From Neoconidiobolus thromboides FSU 785 (taxonomy: Eukaryota > Fungi > Entomophthoromycota): a stretch of DNA of 64,000 nucleotides. A program made the position numbers and the translations under genes. The stretch is from positions 1 through 64,000 of the forward strand of contig MU626326.1 in assembly GCA_025603075.1 (NCBI GenBank). The letters run 5' to 3'. Position 1 is the stretch's first letter, and each line of letters begins with the position of its first letter. Under the pieces are notes generated by a model. It was not told the DNA's origin. It saw nothing but the letters and a program-made list of their open reading frames with translations, and ran no database searches. This document shows positions 8,931 to 21,989 of the stretch, in pieces.

Positions 8931-11804
8931 TTAAAGTTCAAAGATAACGTCTTTAAACAGGTATAAAATACCAGCTCTAGGGGTAGAAATCACAGCCCAA
9001 TTAGGTATATGTTCATTAATCTCTTGAATAGATGGAATGACTTTTGGATCATCATAAGTACATGTAAAACCTAATCTAATAGACTTTCGTGCATTTTTAT
9101 CTTTTAAATAGTCAAAAGACACTTCAAATGGAAAATTGTAGTCTCTTCTCATTAAAATAATTTCATTCTCGTTATAATCGTCTATAGTTAATTCCTCTTG
9201 ACTATTGTTAGAACCGATTGTTTTGATACTAATATTTTTGACATTTTGCTTATAGAAACTCAGTATACATATGTTACTTTTATATGCGTTTAATTGAACT
9301 CTTAGCTTATGCTGATTACTACTTGAAATATTTTCTTTTAAAGTAACATTAATAAGCTTGGAATTCTCGATTGGAAAGGAAGGTTCAGGAGCATTATAGT
9401 AATAAACATACTGACTTCCACTAGGTCTAATTTCTGATAGGGGATTATTCTTTGCAGATGGAATATTATTAATGATTTCTTTTAAATAAGAAGGAGAAGT
9501 AATTGAAGCATAAGAAGTATAGTTACTGTCAAAACTAAATGGATCTAAATTGTCCCTCATTAATTTGCACCCAATGTCTTCCGAAATACATTTATTCTGT
9601 CCAAAATGGTATACCAATGGTGCATTTTCACTTAATGGAAATTTCATTATAGTTAAAATCGAAATAATGACCCATAAACCTAAAAACCTAAATATCATTT
9701 TTAAAGGAATTTTACCAATTAACTTTGGTATCAAATTAACTGATAATAAAGAAGATATTCCTCCCAAAAATGAAATAAAGTAATATACAATTGCTTTTTT
9801 AGTGCCAGTCGGGATCGTTTGTGTTAAGCCTGCAAATGCTGCTATTACTATTTCTTGATAAATCAGATTAGATAGTAGTACGATTAATAATTGTAGTACA
9901 GAATTAAAGACACTACTATTATCATTAGGGGCTTTGTCATTCAATTTAGCATTGCTTTCCTTCTTCTTACCAATACTTAAATTTGGATAATTGTATTTGA
10001 ATATTAAACCATGCGTTGTCGAGTATGCAAAATTCAATAAAGATAGGATACTTATAAAATACAAAGGACCTAATCTTTTGAGCAATACCAAAATATTAAG
10101 AATGTTACACAATAACCAAAATAAGCTATTTGATTGAATTAAAATAGGCTCGATTAAATCAAACTGGCCATTATTTTCATACCATGACCATAAATAGATC
10201 GATAAACTTAAACATGATATTCCAAGGAATGAATAAGACGCAAATATATAATATGAGTAGCTATGCGCTGACATACCTTCTCCAGTAATCCAAAATGCAT
10301 TTGATATCATTGTTCCAGAAATATAAAGTAAAATAGCTAACAAAATAGCAACAAACCCACGAATAATAGGAAACACTGTTAATTTTACAGTTAAAAGCAA
10401 TTTATCATCGTTTTTGTTCAAATTATAATTGATTGTTTTCACTATAATGAACAATGCTGATGCAAATTGTAAAAACGCTAATGCTACGCACAATTTAATA
10501 TATGAATCAAACGAATACACCTTTGAAAAATAACCCAAAATATCGAAAAACACTCCACCATCTTCTGGTTCATTTAGCTTATCAATTTCATTTGAGTTTC
10601 CTAATGAATTGACTGCTGAACATACTGTTTCGCCAAATACTTTGAGAGATTCAAAATAAATTTTGGAAATGTCATCTTTATAAGTATGATAAAATGCTCT
10701 GTTTGAATAGATAGCAAAATCTACTCCTGGGATATTGGCATCAGTATAAATTTGAAAGTCAGTTCTGGAATTAATTAGTCTTAGCTTAAAAGCAGTAAAC
10801 GCGATTACAGAACTATGCGGATGTGGTGAATTCGAAAATGCTTTGTTTATTACACTGCTTGATGATTGAAATAACATTCCTTTATTACCACTACCTGATG
10901 CTTCTAAGTTAATAAATCCCCTAACATCCTTTACCCATTCATGTAATAAAAATGTTCTTGATCCAAACAGCCCTTTTTCTTCTGCCGAATTAAAATTGTA
11001 GATAAAATCAACTGTTTTGGGTGGATTTAATACACTTAACCTTAAAGATTCCAACAATGACACTACTGAGATACCATTGTCACTTGCACCATGACTAGTT
11101 GACTGTGAATCATAGTGGGCAGATAAAAGTAATGCTGGTTTATTATAACTTTTAATAGTATTGTTATTGTTGTTGTCATTTGATAAAGCGAATGAAAGAG
11201 GATGAACTCTTGCTAAAATATTACTTGACTCAAAATAGGAAGCATGATAGACTCTTGGTAATTTCATCTTATTTAGCATCTCTTCACCCAACATATTAGT
11301 ACTACGATCAAAATGAAATTCGATTATATTTTTGTTATGTAATCTTATTGATAATTCTTGTAAGGCTTTGATATAAGATATGATATACTCTTCTACATTT
11401 TTTATTTCATCAGTGTTATATGTATGTACCTTACTACCAAGTCTCAATAAATGGGAATATGCAAAATCAGTATCAAATCCGTTATCTTTTATCAATTCAT
11501 CAAAATTAAACTTATATTTGTAAACGTTATCTTCTGTTTCAATCGTTGATAAACTTATTTTGTTATTTAGAAAATTTTGATGCCAATCTTTCCAATAGCT
11601 TGGTGATTCTTCTGGTAACACTAAAAAGTCAATTGCAATATGAAAAGTAAATAAATAGATTAACACAGTTAAACAAAATGTTATAATTGAAATATTTCTT
11701 CTAAAAAAGCTTGAAATTATATTATCGGGTCCGCTATATTTCTTTTTATCCTCCACCTGCTGATCACCTTTCATTTGATTGTTGACTACTTTACGCTGCC
11801 TCAT
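8931..11804 (-). CDS. PFF1: M28 family membrane metalloprotease (Pff1/ERMP1-like), 957 aa, intronless
   Basis: LLSAHYDS..GASDNG, NSAEEKGLFGS, NLEASG and YHTYKD zinc motifs, N-terminal TM, central multi-TM block. Confidence 0.9.
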   Translation of the reverse strand: MRQRKVVNNQMKGDQQVEDKKKYSGPDNIISSFFRRNISIITFCLTVLIYLFTFHIAIDFLVLPEESPSYWKDWHQNFLNNKISLSTIETEDNVYKYKFNFDELIKDNGFDTDFAYSHLLRLGSKVHTYNTDEIKNVEEYIISYIKALQELSIRLHNKNIIEFHFDRSTNMLGEEMLNKMKLPRVYHASYFESSNILARVHPLSFALSNDNNNNNTIKSYNKPALLLSAHYDSQSTSHGASDNGISVVSLLESLRLSVLNPPKTVDFIYNFNSAEEKGLFGSRTFLLHEWVKDVRGFINLEASGSGNKGMLFQSSSSVINKAFSNSPHPHSSVIAFTAFKLRLINSRTDFQIYTDANIPGVDFAIYSNRAFYHTYKDDISKIYFESLKVFGETVCSAVNSLGNSNEIDKLNEPEDGGVFFDILGYFSKVYSFDSYIKLCVALAFLQFASALFIIVKTINYNLNKNDDKLLLTVKLTVFPIIRGFVAILLAILLYISGTMISNAFWITGEGMSAHSYSYYIFASYSFLGISCLSLSIYLWSWYENNGQFDLIEPILIQSNSLFWLLCNILNILVLLKRLGPLYFISILSLLNFAYSTTHGLIFKYNYPNLSIGKKKESNAKLNDKAPNDNSSVFNSVLQLLIVLLSNLIYQEIVIAAFAGLTQTIPTGTKKAIVYYFISFLGGISSLLSVNLIPKLIGKIPLKMIFRFLGLWVIISILTIMKFPLSENAPLVYHFGQNKCISEDIGCKLMRDNLDPFSFDSNYTSYASITSPSYLKEIINNIPSAKNNPLSEIRPSGSQYVYYYNAPEPSFPIENSKLINVTLKENISSSNQHKLRVQLNAYKSNICILSFYKQNVKNISIKTIGSNNSQEELTIDDYNENEIILMRRDYNFPFEVSFDYLKDKNARKSIRLGFTCTYDDPKVIPSIQEINEHIPNWAVISTPRAGILYLFKDVIFEL

Positions 11805-12018
11805 TTTTATTTTTTTTTGAATGATTTTTTCTCCCTTATATACTTATTTTCGCTTATTTTAATATTAGTTCAATAGTGCTGATGTAAGTCAACTCAAAAT
11901 TACCTTTAGAATCAATCATGCAAATTCAGAACTTTAAAAATCAAGGATTTTAAATCTCGTATTGCAGTTTAAATATTTAGATAATATACATTTATTTTCA
12001 TAAGTTTATTTAACATAT

Positions 12019-12111
12019 GGTGGTGTTTTTTTAGTTTCATCAATTTTTCTACTTTTTAAGTGCTATGAGTGGAAAGATTGTTAACAAAAATTCTTAAAAA
12101 AATACATCTCT
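12019..12111 (-). mobile_element. ~99-bp MITE (diverged)
   Basis: Reverse consensus, ATAT flanks. Confidence 0.75.
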
Positions 12112-13376
12112 ATATGCTTAATATATGATTTTACATGTCTGCACTTGAAAATTTAAGACTTTTACAAACATATAATTTACAATTTATTATAATGCAGACC
12201 ACTTTTCCCTTTCTACATAGAACATAATTTTAGAATCGTTAATGGTATTAATTCAGGAATACTAATATTTTCGGTTTAATGTTTTATTAGCCCAATATGG
12301 TGGCAACTTGTTGAAGTTCTTAATATAATTTGAACACAAAGTGCGGAATCAAAATTATTTAGTCCGAATGCTATGTTTGTTTTTAAAAAAATCTAATATT
12401 CATAGTAACAAGAAGATAACTAGAAAGTATATTACAGTACAATTGAAAGACATATATCCTAATAAATAAAGCATTGGAAAAATATTTATTTAAACTATCA
12501 ACTTTAGTCCAAGATAAAATTTATTTATTATTTTTACAAATAAGGAGTAATTTTAATAATATCCAAAAATAGTAGTTTAAATTTAAAAGGTGGATTATTT
12601 TGTGTTGGAGTTTTTCCAGTTTTAACACTCTTAGAAAGGGTTCTAGACATTAGGGTTTTAAGTAGAAGCAATGCCTATAATATGTAATCATTAGATTTTA
12701 TATAAAGCAAAAACTATTAACACCATTCCACTAACTTACACAACTTTTAAAAAAGCAGTGTTTTTGTATTAAAATTTATTATCCATGTGAGTAACATAGT
12801 ATTTATAACCTTAATAAATTTATAAATTAAAAGTTACGTAGTGTCCACAGCTTATGCCAAAAAACTTATGACCCTAACTCTTCTATCCCGTCCATACTTT
12901 ATCTGGTCTATAAACAGCTAATCCCCAAAGAGTTGTCTTCCTTGATTCACTTTAAGAAATCTTGGACACCAGAACTGCCTTCAGATTCCCTTTTTGCGCT
13001 TTTTACCTCAATGAGCCCTTTTATATCAGCCCTCAACATGCCCCTTTTTAAGAACATATTATCATGTTTCGCTGATCCTCCTTAACTTATAATATTAACT
13101 TTATTAAAATATATAGCGATAACATTAATTTCTTTAGTGACAGGACTATCTCATAAAAAATCAGACTTTAAATTTTATTAATAAATATTTTTATAAAGAT
13201 ATATATCAAATGGCCAAAATTCTATTTTTTGTGATACTATAAAGGTATAGAATATTGTGTATTATAAGTTAGTACATATGACAAATAACCGAAATGTTGG
13301 ATCTTATATAGATGATAGAAAATATTGATAGTATATATAGTAAATATCTAAAAATAATGTTTATATTAATACATAC

Positions 13377-13474
13377 GGTGATGTTTTTTTGGCCTTATTA
13401 CTTTTTCTATCTTTTGAGTGGTATTTGCGTGGAAAAATTGTCAGTAAAATTCTTAAATACAAAAATACATCCCC
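13377..13474 (-). mobile_element. ~99-bp MITE (diverged)
   Basis: Reverse consensus ending ATACATCCCC-ATAT. Confidence 0.8.
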
Positions 13475-13929
13475 ATATACAATACGAAGCTAAATAAATA
13501 ACAGTATTACAGGCAGGAAATATAATTATTATTTTTTAGCTAACTCTAAACTATCAGCAATCTTACTAACACAAAAATATATATCAATATTTAGTCAAAA
13601 TTGGAAGTTGTAAAAAACTAAAACCCTTTATAAACGTAAAAGCTATTATATATAAGTTGTAGCCTATTAAGGTTTTTTATATAGCTCACCATTACAACGA
13701 CATTGTTTGTTAAAGATAGTAAAATCAAAAGAGTCAAAAGAAGAAGGACAATAGAACGTTAGAGTTAGGATTTTGAGGTCCCAACTAGAGCTATTGGAGG
13801 ATATCGGCTCAAGACAAAAGACTTCACCCTTCTGAGCGCTCATCTATATTTAATCATATTTTTTGCGCGTTTAAGCTACTTTGGTATCGAGTAACTTTTA
13901 TAACTTAAGATTAACTGTTTTTCATATAT

Positions 13930-14023
13930 GGAGTATTTTTTAGTTTCATCACTTTTTCTGTTTTTCAAGTGCTATTTGAGTGAAATAACTGTTAGTGGGA
14001 TTTTTCAATAAAAATATACCTCT
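13930..14023 (-). mobile_element. ~99-bp MITE (diverged)
   Basis: Reverse consensus, ATAT flanks. Confidence 0.7.
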
Positions 14024-14465
14024 ATATTTTGGTTCAAAGCCGATAAAAAAAGCAGTAAAAAGATATGTTTAGGTTATCTACTCTGTTCTTCCTTTACTTT
14101 TTTTTATCAATAAAACACCAAGCAAATAGTATTTAAAAGGTATCTCAAAAATGCACATAGATGAAATTGTGAGTAACAAATTTAAGCTCCTGTATGATGA
14201 TATTGACAGAATTTTACATTTCAAAAGACTTCAATAAGTGCACCCCCTTTATTATAACTAAAGAGAGAGTTGAATGCTCTATTTTATTATGCCCTTGTAT
14301 ATGTACCTTTGGGTATATAATGAATTTAAACAACCAATCTATTCATATATAATTGGAACTATCATGTTCGATAGTAACCATACAATATACATATAAATTT
14401 CTAAAGCATAAAAATAAAAGGTGTTTTATTTAAGCGATATAAATATGTATAGGATATTTTTTACT

Positions 14466-14552
14466 ATATGATGTTTTTTTATTTCATTACTTTTTCTATT
14501 TTTCAAGCAATTTGAGAATGATTGTTAGTAAGATTCTTAGAAATACTTCTCC
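14466..14552 (-). mobile_element. Degenerate MITE
   Basis: Partial match to the reverse consensus; boundaries approximate. Confidence 0.5.
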
Positions 14553-14702
14553 ATACGCTACTCCCTTAAAAGTCGACTAAAAGCCGGTTTTTACATCATC
14601 ATTTAAACTAAAATTTACTAAAAAGTTGAATGTGAAAAATAGAAGTAATGATATTACGGTTTATTAATTTTATGTTTCTAACTTATATATTAAACTAAAA
14701 AA

Positions 14703-15296
14703 TTAATATTGTTTTTTACATTTCTTTTTTGGTTCTTCTTGAACTGGGGTGACTTTTTCACATTCAATAAACATAGCTTTCTTACGGCAGACACGTCCTG
14801 GGCATTGGCAGGAACCTTTAACATATTTGTTATCTTTACATTCATAATAACCTCCATCTTCAGCACAGAAACCAGTGCTTTGCTCACATTGAGTAGCATC
14901 TGGGTTTCCGGCAACATATCTGGTGATTGGTAAGGAACCAGCAGATTCACATACTGGATTTGGGGTTTCAACTGGTGGGGTTACTGGGTCTACAGTTTGG
15001 ACTGGTGGAGTTACTGGAGTTTTTCTTTCACATTCAATAAACATAGCTTTTTTAGTACAGAATCTGTTTGGACATTTGCAGAAATCTTTAACATATTTGT
15101 TACTCTTGCACTCATAGTAGCCTCCATCTTCAGCACAGAAACCAGTACCCTCAACACATTGAGTAGCATCTGGGTTACCGGCAACATATCTAGTAATTGG
15201 TAAGGAACCAGCAGATTCACAAATAGGGTCTACTTCGGCGCTAACTGAAGCTAAAATAGCGGAAAATAAAGCAACTAAGGTGGTATTAAATTTCAT
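14703..15296 (-). CDS. Secreted protein with two 8-Cys repeats and a Pro/Thr/Val linker, 197 aa
   Basis: Signal-peptide-like MKFNTTLVALFSAILASVSA; repeat C-x20-C-x6-C-x8-C-x9-C-x-C-x4-C-x8-C; TATATAAA about 50 bp upstream. Confidence 0.9.
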   Translation of the reverse strand: MKFNTTLVALFSAILASVSAEVDPICESAGSLPITRYVAGNPDATQCVEGTGFCAEDGGYYECKSNKYVKDFCKCPNRFCTKKAMFIECERKTPVTPPVQTVDPVTPPVETPNPVCESAGSLPITRYVAGNPDATQCEQSTGFCAEDGGYYECKDNKYVKGSCQCPGRVCRKKAMFIECEKVTPVQEEPKKKCKKQY

Positions 15297-16716
15297 TATA
15301 AATTATTAATATTTATTTGAATTTGGAGTCACATACTTGGTTTATATAGTCATTTTCGAGGTTTGTACTGTCAAATTTAACCATTTTTGTAAGTAATTTA
15401 AAGGTTCTCATTATTTTTAATTTTGTGGTATAATTAGATCTGTCAATTCTTTAAAAAAAATAGAATATCAATGCATCGTTTTATTACAGTTATTTATTTT
15501 TAGACTTAATCTCCCCTCATTAACTTTTTATTGGCCAAGAATATCTAAAAATATCAGTTTGATTTTAACTTTTATACTGTATTTGTCTTTTTTAACCAAA
15601 TTCTATTGTTTATATTAATTAAAAAATTCCCAAAGAATGCCTATAAGTTAAAGGTTCTGATGATTTTATACTTTTTATTTAACCTATTTGTCCTTTCGTT
15701 ATATTACAATAGTGTTGACAATAAAATTTAACTATAAATTAAATTTACTTGTTTTACTTGTTTTACTTGTTTAAATAATGAATATGCTATTCATTATCAA
15801 TGATATCAGACTTGAAAATAATGCAATAAATTAAAACATCATTGAGTCTGCAGTAAATGAGATAATAATACCACCACCAAATAAACTCATACCCATTTGT
15901 GATTGATATTCGTTGCAAGTATATTTGAATTTATTAGCTTTTAGTCTCATTTTTTAAACGCAATTTCAAATATAAAATTACTTTTAAAACATTTTTAGTA
16001 GGATTTTGGTTTTAGGTACCCTGATATGATATTTAAATATTAAAAATCTCCTTTATAAAACACTATTAATAGCATTGTAATATAAAGTGCAATAATTATG
16101 ACGCTAATACTAAACACCACGGCACAGGTATCATCATCATCTCAAATAATTAGATTATAAATTATGAGGTATCTTAATAAAGAACAAATATTAAAATATC
16201 AAGCTTTTGGTATATTTTTAGAAGCAATCCTTATATCTATCAAAGTCTATTTTAGACACTAGCACTTTAACACAATATGAGAATGTCTTTCTTGATTTCA
16301 TTTATTTGTCTACTTTTATGCAACATAGATTCGAAAAAAACTACTAAATACTAAAACAAAAAGCCATTCCTGCATGGCCCTTTGGTACATTAAATGTCAT
16401 AGTTTAAGAAGTTTTAAGGGGTAAAGCTATATTTAAACTAATATTTGAAGTTATGATTTATTACATTAATGTAAATTTTAATCTACAATTTTATTTTTAA
16501 ATAACTTTATTACTATTAGAGGTTTGCTCTGTAATATAAACATTAATAATGAATTCAGAAATTAGTAAAAATTTACAAAGCATTTATAGTAGTTATACAT
16601 AACATTGTGATTAACCACAGTATCATTCAACCTTATACCATACAAGAGACAAAATCAAAAATATCAAAGTACAATCTCCATAGAAAACCTTATTCTTCTA
16701 TGAAAAAGATACATAT

Positions 16717-16815
16717 GGGGGTGTATTTTTGTGTTTAAGAATTTTACTAACAAATTTTCCGCTTAAATAGCGCTTAAAAAATGGAAAAAATAATGAAGTC
16801 AAAAAAAACACTCCC
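16717..16815 (+). mobile_element. ~99-bp MITE (left boundary of the tandem duplication)
   Basis: ATAT/ATAT TSD. Confidence 0.9.
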
Positions 16816-16902
16816 ATATATTTACGTTGTAGTTAATAAAGTATGCAACACTACTAAGTAACATGATATAAATTATGTTTGATCAAATTCTATTTATCAT
16901 GT

Positions 16903-17000
16903 GGGGATGTTTTTTTGGCTTTATTACTTTTTCCATCTTTTAAGCACTATTTGAGTGGAAAGATTGTTAATAAAATTGTTAAACACAAAAATACATCCCC
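16903..17000 (-). mobile_element. ~99-bp MITE
   Basis: Reverse consensus, ATGT/ATAT flanks. Confidence 0.85.
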
Positions 17001-17348
17001 ATATCGTCTTATTATAAATCACATTTTTAAGCTTCTTTAATTTATTCTTCTTTTTTAAATAATATTAGTTAATGTTATATAGCACTTTATGATTATTTAA
17101 GCTGCTGCATCTTTTATCAGAAATATGTTATCTTTCACCAACATTTGGCCATCCCAAAAATGATAGTTTTCTTATATAACAAGGTATTTTTTATCTATTA
17201 TAATATCTCTATATATATTGAAATATTTTTGATTTGAAGAAAGTTTACTTTATTTCTATGCTATCGTTAATATGACGTTTATGATACACTTTAAAATATA
17301 CCTAAATTTCATATTTTCATTAAAAACTAACAAAATCTTTTTATATAG

Positions 17349-17812
17349 TGTGAAATATCGCTTTGTCAGCCCCATGGTTAATTATAGCATAATAATCGCC
17401 TAAGCTGTCGTGTTCTCGATTATAGAGACAATTAGTCCCATGCTCTTATTCCGATTTGTTAAGAGAATTTCTATCTTCGTCTCAAAGAATATTCTCCCCT
17501 CGTTTTGATATTTATACTTGTCGGAGTATAAAAGAGATTCTAAAACATAATAGCTCGAGGCTTCTTAACTGAATTATTTACTGATATCTCGAACATTTAA
17601 TAAAGCCACTAAGTTTTCTTAATAGTATTTTTCGTAGATTTTACATTAATATTATCTATTCTATTTGTCTTATATAGCTTGTAACTTATTACGTGCTATT
17701 CCTCATAATCCAAGTCTATCTTAGTCACATAAACTAAGACCTTTCGACTTATAGTGTAGTCAACCCAGCAATAGCTATTCTTGACTCCAAACCCTAAGTA
17801 CCAGATTTCACA
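17349..17812 (+). mobile_element. 464-bp solo LTR with intact 4-bp TSD
   Basis: ATAG-TGTGAAAT...ATTTCACA-ATAG. Confidence 0.9.
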
Positions 17813-18370
17813 ATAGTCAATAAATATATTTAGTATGATTCCAAAAAATGAACCAGTATTGATAAACTAACCAAAGCTTTTCTATAATATTAAATGGATA
17901 CAATAATAAGTAATAAGTGAAAATCAGTGTAAAAAATTAAATATCAGAAATCAGAAAAAACATTAAAGATACTAAAAGAATACAAACAAATCAAGCATAT
18001 TTCTCCCCTGTTTTCGATATAAAAAAATTATAAACCCTTCTATAATTTTTTAAAATAATATTTTTTCAAAATTGGTTCACCTAAAAGGAACTTGTAAATC
18101 AATTTAGTAACAAGTCTACTCTACTCTTCAAAATACCACAATCTATAGAGTGATAACTCTGAGTTATAACTTTGTTAATAACTTTGTTTTTTTATTACTT
18201 TATAAAATTTAAAATTATTAACGAAAACATCAATTTTTACAACTTTTTAAAATATAAAGTCAATAGAGTTTTTTTTATTATATTTTGAAAAAGAAGAAAT
18301 GTCCCAAAATTTAAAAAAATTATATTAAAAAGTTTATACACATGAGTTTACCCTTGAATTCTCTTTACAT

Positions 18371-18465
18371 GAGGATGTATTTTTATGTTTAAGAATTTTA
18401 GTAACAATTATTCTACTCAAACCGCTTGGAAAATGGAAAAAGTGATGAAATCAAAAAATATCACC
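18371..18465 (+). mobile_element. ~99-bp MITE (diverged)
   Basis: Family consensus. Confidence 0.8.
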
Positions 18466-18545
18466 ATATATATTATAATTTGTTTAGAACACTAACTCTA
18501 TAAAGTTTGAAGTTTTATTCAAAAACAGTAGCACATTTTAAATAT

Positions 18546-18643
18546 GGGGATGTATTTTTTTGTTTAAGAATTTTACTACAATCTTTCCACTCAAATAGCG
18601 CTTAAAAAATGGAAAAAATAATGAAGTCAAAAAAAACACTCCC
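18546..18643 (+). mobile_element. Chimeric MITE at the duplication junction
   Basis: 5' half matches 20374-20470, 3' half matches 16717-16815. Confidence 0.9.
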
Positions 18644-18730
18644 ATATATTTACGTTGTAGTTAATAAAGTATGCAACACTACTAAGTAACATGATATAAA
18701 TTATGTTTGATCAAATTCTATTTATCATGT

Positions 18731-18828
18731 GGGGATGTTTTTTTGGCTTTATTACTTTTTCCATCTTTTAAGCACTATTTGAGTGGAAAGATTGTTAATA
18801 AAATTGTTAAACACAAAAATACATCCCC
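18731..18828 (-). mobile_element. ~99-bp MITE (duplicate of 16903)
   Basis: Lies within the duplicated unit. Confidence 0.85.
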
Positions 18829-19176
18829 ATATCGTCTTATTATAAATCACATTTTTAAGCTTCTTTAATTTATTCTTCTTTTTTAAATAATATTAGTTAA
18901 TGTTATATAGCACTTTATGATTATTTAAGCTGCTGCATCTTTTATCAGAAATATGTTATCTTTCACCAACATTTGGCCATCCCAAAAATGATAGTTTTCT
19001 TATATAACAAGGTATTTTTTATCTATTATAATATCTCTATATATATTGAAATATTTTTGATTTGAAGAAAGTTTACTTTATTTCTATGCTATCGTTAATA
19101 TGACGTTTATGATACACTTTAAAATATACCTAAATTTCATATTTTCATTAAAAACTAACAAAATCTTTTTATATAG

Positions 19177-19640
19177 TGTGAAATATCGCTTTGTCAGCCC
19201 CATGGTTAATTATAGCATAATAATCGCCTAAGCTGTCGTGTTCTCGATTATAGAGACAATTAGTCCCATGCTCTTATTCCGATTTGTTAAGAGAATTTCT
19301 ATCTTCGTCTCAAAGAATATTCTCCCCTCGTTTTGATATTTATACTTGTCGGAGTATAAAAGAGATTCTAAAACATAATAGCTCGAGGCTTCTTAACTGA
19401 ATTATTTACTGATATCTCGAACATTTAATAAAGCCACTAAGTTTTCTTAATAGTATTTTTCGTAGATTTTACATTAATATTATCTATTCTATTTGTCTTA
19501 TATAGCTTGTAACTTATTACGTGCTATTCCTCATAATCCAAGTCTATCTTAGTCACATAAACTAAGACCTTTCGACTTATAGTGTAGTCAACCCAGCAAT
19601 AGCTATTCTTGACTCCAAACCCTAAGTACCAGATTTCACA
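19177..19640 (+). mobile_element. 464-bp solo LTR (duplicate of 17349)
   Basis: ATAG/ATAG TSD. Confidence 0.9.
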
Positions 19641-20198
19641 ATAGTCAATAAATATATTTAGTATGATTCCAAAAAATGAACCAGTATTGATAAACTAACC
19701 AAAGCTTTTCTATAATATTAAATGGATACAATAATAAGTAATAAGTGAAAATCAGTGTAAAAAATTAAATATCAGAAATCAGAAAAAACATTAAAGATAC
19801 TAAAAGAATACAAACAAATCAAGCATATTTCTCCCCTGTTTTCGATATAAAAAAATTATAAACCCTTCTATAATTTTTTAAAATAATATTTTTTCAAAAT
19901 TGGTTCACCTAAAAGGAACTTGTAAATCAATTTAGTAACAAGTCTACTCTACTCTTCAAAATACCACAATCTATAGAGTGATAACTCTGAGTTATAACTT
20001 TGTTAATAACTTTGTTTTTTTATTACTTTATAAAATTTAAAATTATTAACGAAAACATCAATTTTTACAACTTTTTAAAATATAAAGTCAATAGAGTTTT
20101 TTTTATTATATTTTGAAAAAGAAGAAATGTCCCAAAATTTAAAAAAATTATATTAAAAAGTTTATACACATGAGTTTACCCTTGAATTCTCTTTACAT

Positions 20199-20293
20199 GA
20201 GGATGTATTTTTATGTTTAAGAATTTTAGTAACAATTATTCTACTCAAACCGCTTGGAAAATGGAAAAAGTGATGAAATCAAAAAATATCACC
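20199..20293 (+). mobile_element. ~99-bp MITE (duplicate of 18371)
   Basis: Lies within the duplicated unit. Confidence 0.8.
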
Positions 20294-20373
20294 ATATATA
20301 TTATAATTTGTTTAGAACACTAACTCTATAAAGTTTGAAGTTTTATTCAAAAACAGTAGCACATTTTAAATAT

Positions 20374-20470
20374 GGGGATGTGTTTTTTTGTTTAAGAATT
20401 TTACTACAATCTTTCCACTCAAATAGCGCTTAAAAAATGGAAAAATAATGAAACTAAAAAAAACAGCCCC
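20374..20470 (+). mobile_element. ~99-bp MITE (right boundary of the tandem duplication)
   Basis: ATAT/ATAT TSD, ends ACAGCCCC. Confidence 0.9.
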
Positions 20471-21989
20471 ATATATTGTTGTAAATTTACATACACCTTT
20501 AATGATTATTAAGTTTAAGTAACTATAGTAATATATAGGAATTATTGTACAAGTTTTAACTTTGTTTAGTTTTAATAAAGTTATCTATATTTAAAACAAT
20601 TAATCATGAGTGAAGAAAGTATCAGTTTTATTTTAGCTTTTTGATTATTAAAACTTTGAATATTAATAGCCCAATAAAAGCTAAACAAAATAAGCTAAGT
20701 TTCAATATGTAATAATTTATATACATCACTATTCATCGTTTGAATTTTGTAACTTTTCAAGATGCATATAAAATGTTATAAACTTTTTTTAAAACTTTTG
20801 ATATTCTACATCAGGGATTATGAAAGCTCAAAAGAGCCAATCAACCCCCAAGTAACTTTTCCAAAAGGGAAAGGCGAAAAGAGGTAAATTTCTTTGTTGG
20901 TTTTGTAAGATTAACAAATTTAAAGTTGAGTTAAACTTCCATTATTATTGTAAAAAGTTTATATTATAGTAAATTTTTGAATAACTGTGATTTCGGATAG
21001 AGAAGACCCGGATATATAGTTGCATATACTAAGAAAATTAAAACTATTCTTTGATTATTTTTTCAGCTTTAATTTATTCTACATCTAAGATGTAAAGGGG
21101 TTTATACACATACAACACAGAATCTTCCAAGTTAATTTGCTAACCTAACTTTATTTATAATCACTAATGAAACAATGTTGTTTGTGTTTAAAGCATGAAA
21201 CTTTTATTTAGCCACAGAGACTCTTTATAATAAATTAATGATAAACCGGCTGAAATAGAAGAAAATACTGCTTTAAAACTGCCATCAAGCAATAACCAGT
21301 TGCTATAAACCATTTAAACTTCGTATTAGATAGTTTGCGATTCAAAACAGTAAAATGAAAAAACCAAATAGATAACACAGAAGAAGACATTTAACAAGAT
21401 GCGATTTCGATTCACTCAATGATCGAGAGTCATACAAATCAGGGTGTATGCGGTTAAAAAGACATCATATTATCATTAAAGTTAAACTTTGTCTGTTATT
21501 TTATGTTCAACTTAGCTCAAAGTACTTTAATTGTCATCCATATCTTAATTTGTTTATTATAGCTTTGAACCCATTTCAGTACTAAGGGTAACATGTTTGG
21601 CACTATAACATTCTATCTATTTTCATTTAACAGAAAAACGATATACAACTGTAATATAGAATTCAGAAATTATTTTGGTGTCAATATTTGTTAAATAAGA
21701 TTTCATTCGAAAAATTAACTCGAATTATTCAAGCAAATGATACGGAATTACGTCAACTATTGAGGAGCATTGGAAAGAAATAAAATTCTCTGTAATTTTA
21801 TTAAATTTGCTTTCTTTAGATGATAAAAAGCAAAAATGATTATGTTTGATAATTTAAAAAGATTTAAAAGATTATTCACCACTAATATACAAACGAAACA
21901 CTTGACAAAAAACTGTCTTTAATACCTTGTGTTATTTATTTCGGTAGGCCTAGGATTAATTGTTTCAAATACAAAATTTATTTAAATTA

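Larger units (their letters stand above)
16717..20470. repeat. Direct tandem duplication, period 1828 bp (16816-18545 = 18644-20373), bounded and joined by MITEs
   Basis: Units are essentially identical by eye; LTR starts at 17349 and 19177 are 1828 apart. Confidence 0.95.

Noticed and set aside
12850-13080. GC-richer patch suggesting a decayed gag zinc knuckle
   Set aside because: The Cys/His pattern is not recoverable; too degraded to call.
15744-15772. (TTTTACTTGT)x3, plus the AAT-rich runs at 2270-2296 and in MTHFR intron 1
   Set aside because: Ordinary slippage repeats in very AT-rich DNA.
15790-16400. Hydrophobic stop-interrupted reading on the minus strand, resembling a 7-TM receptor relic
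   Set aside because: Several stops and no diagnostic motif I can pin down; would need tBLASTn.
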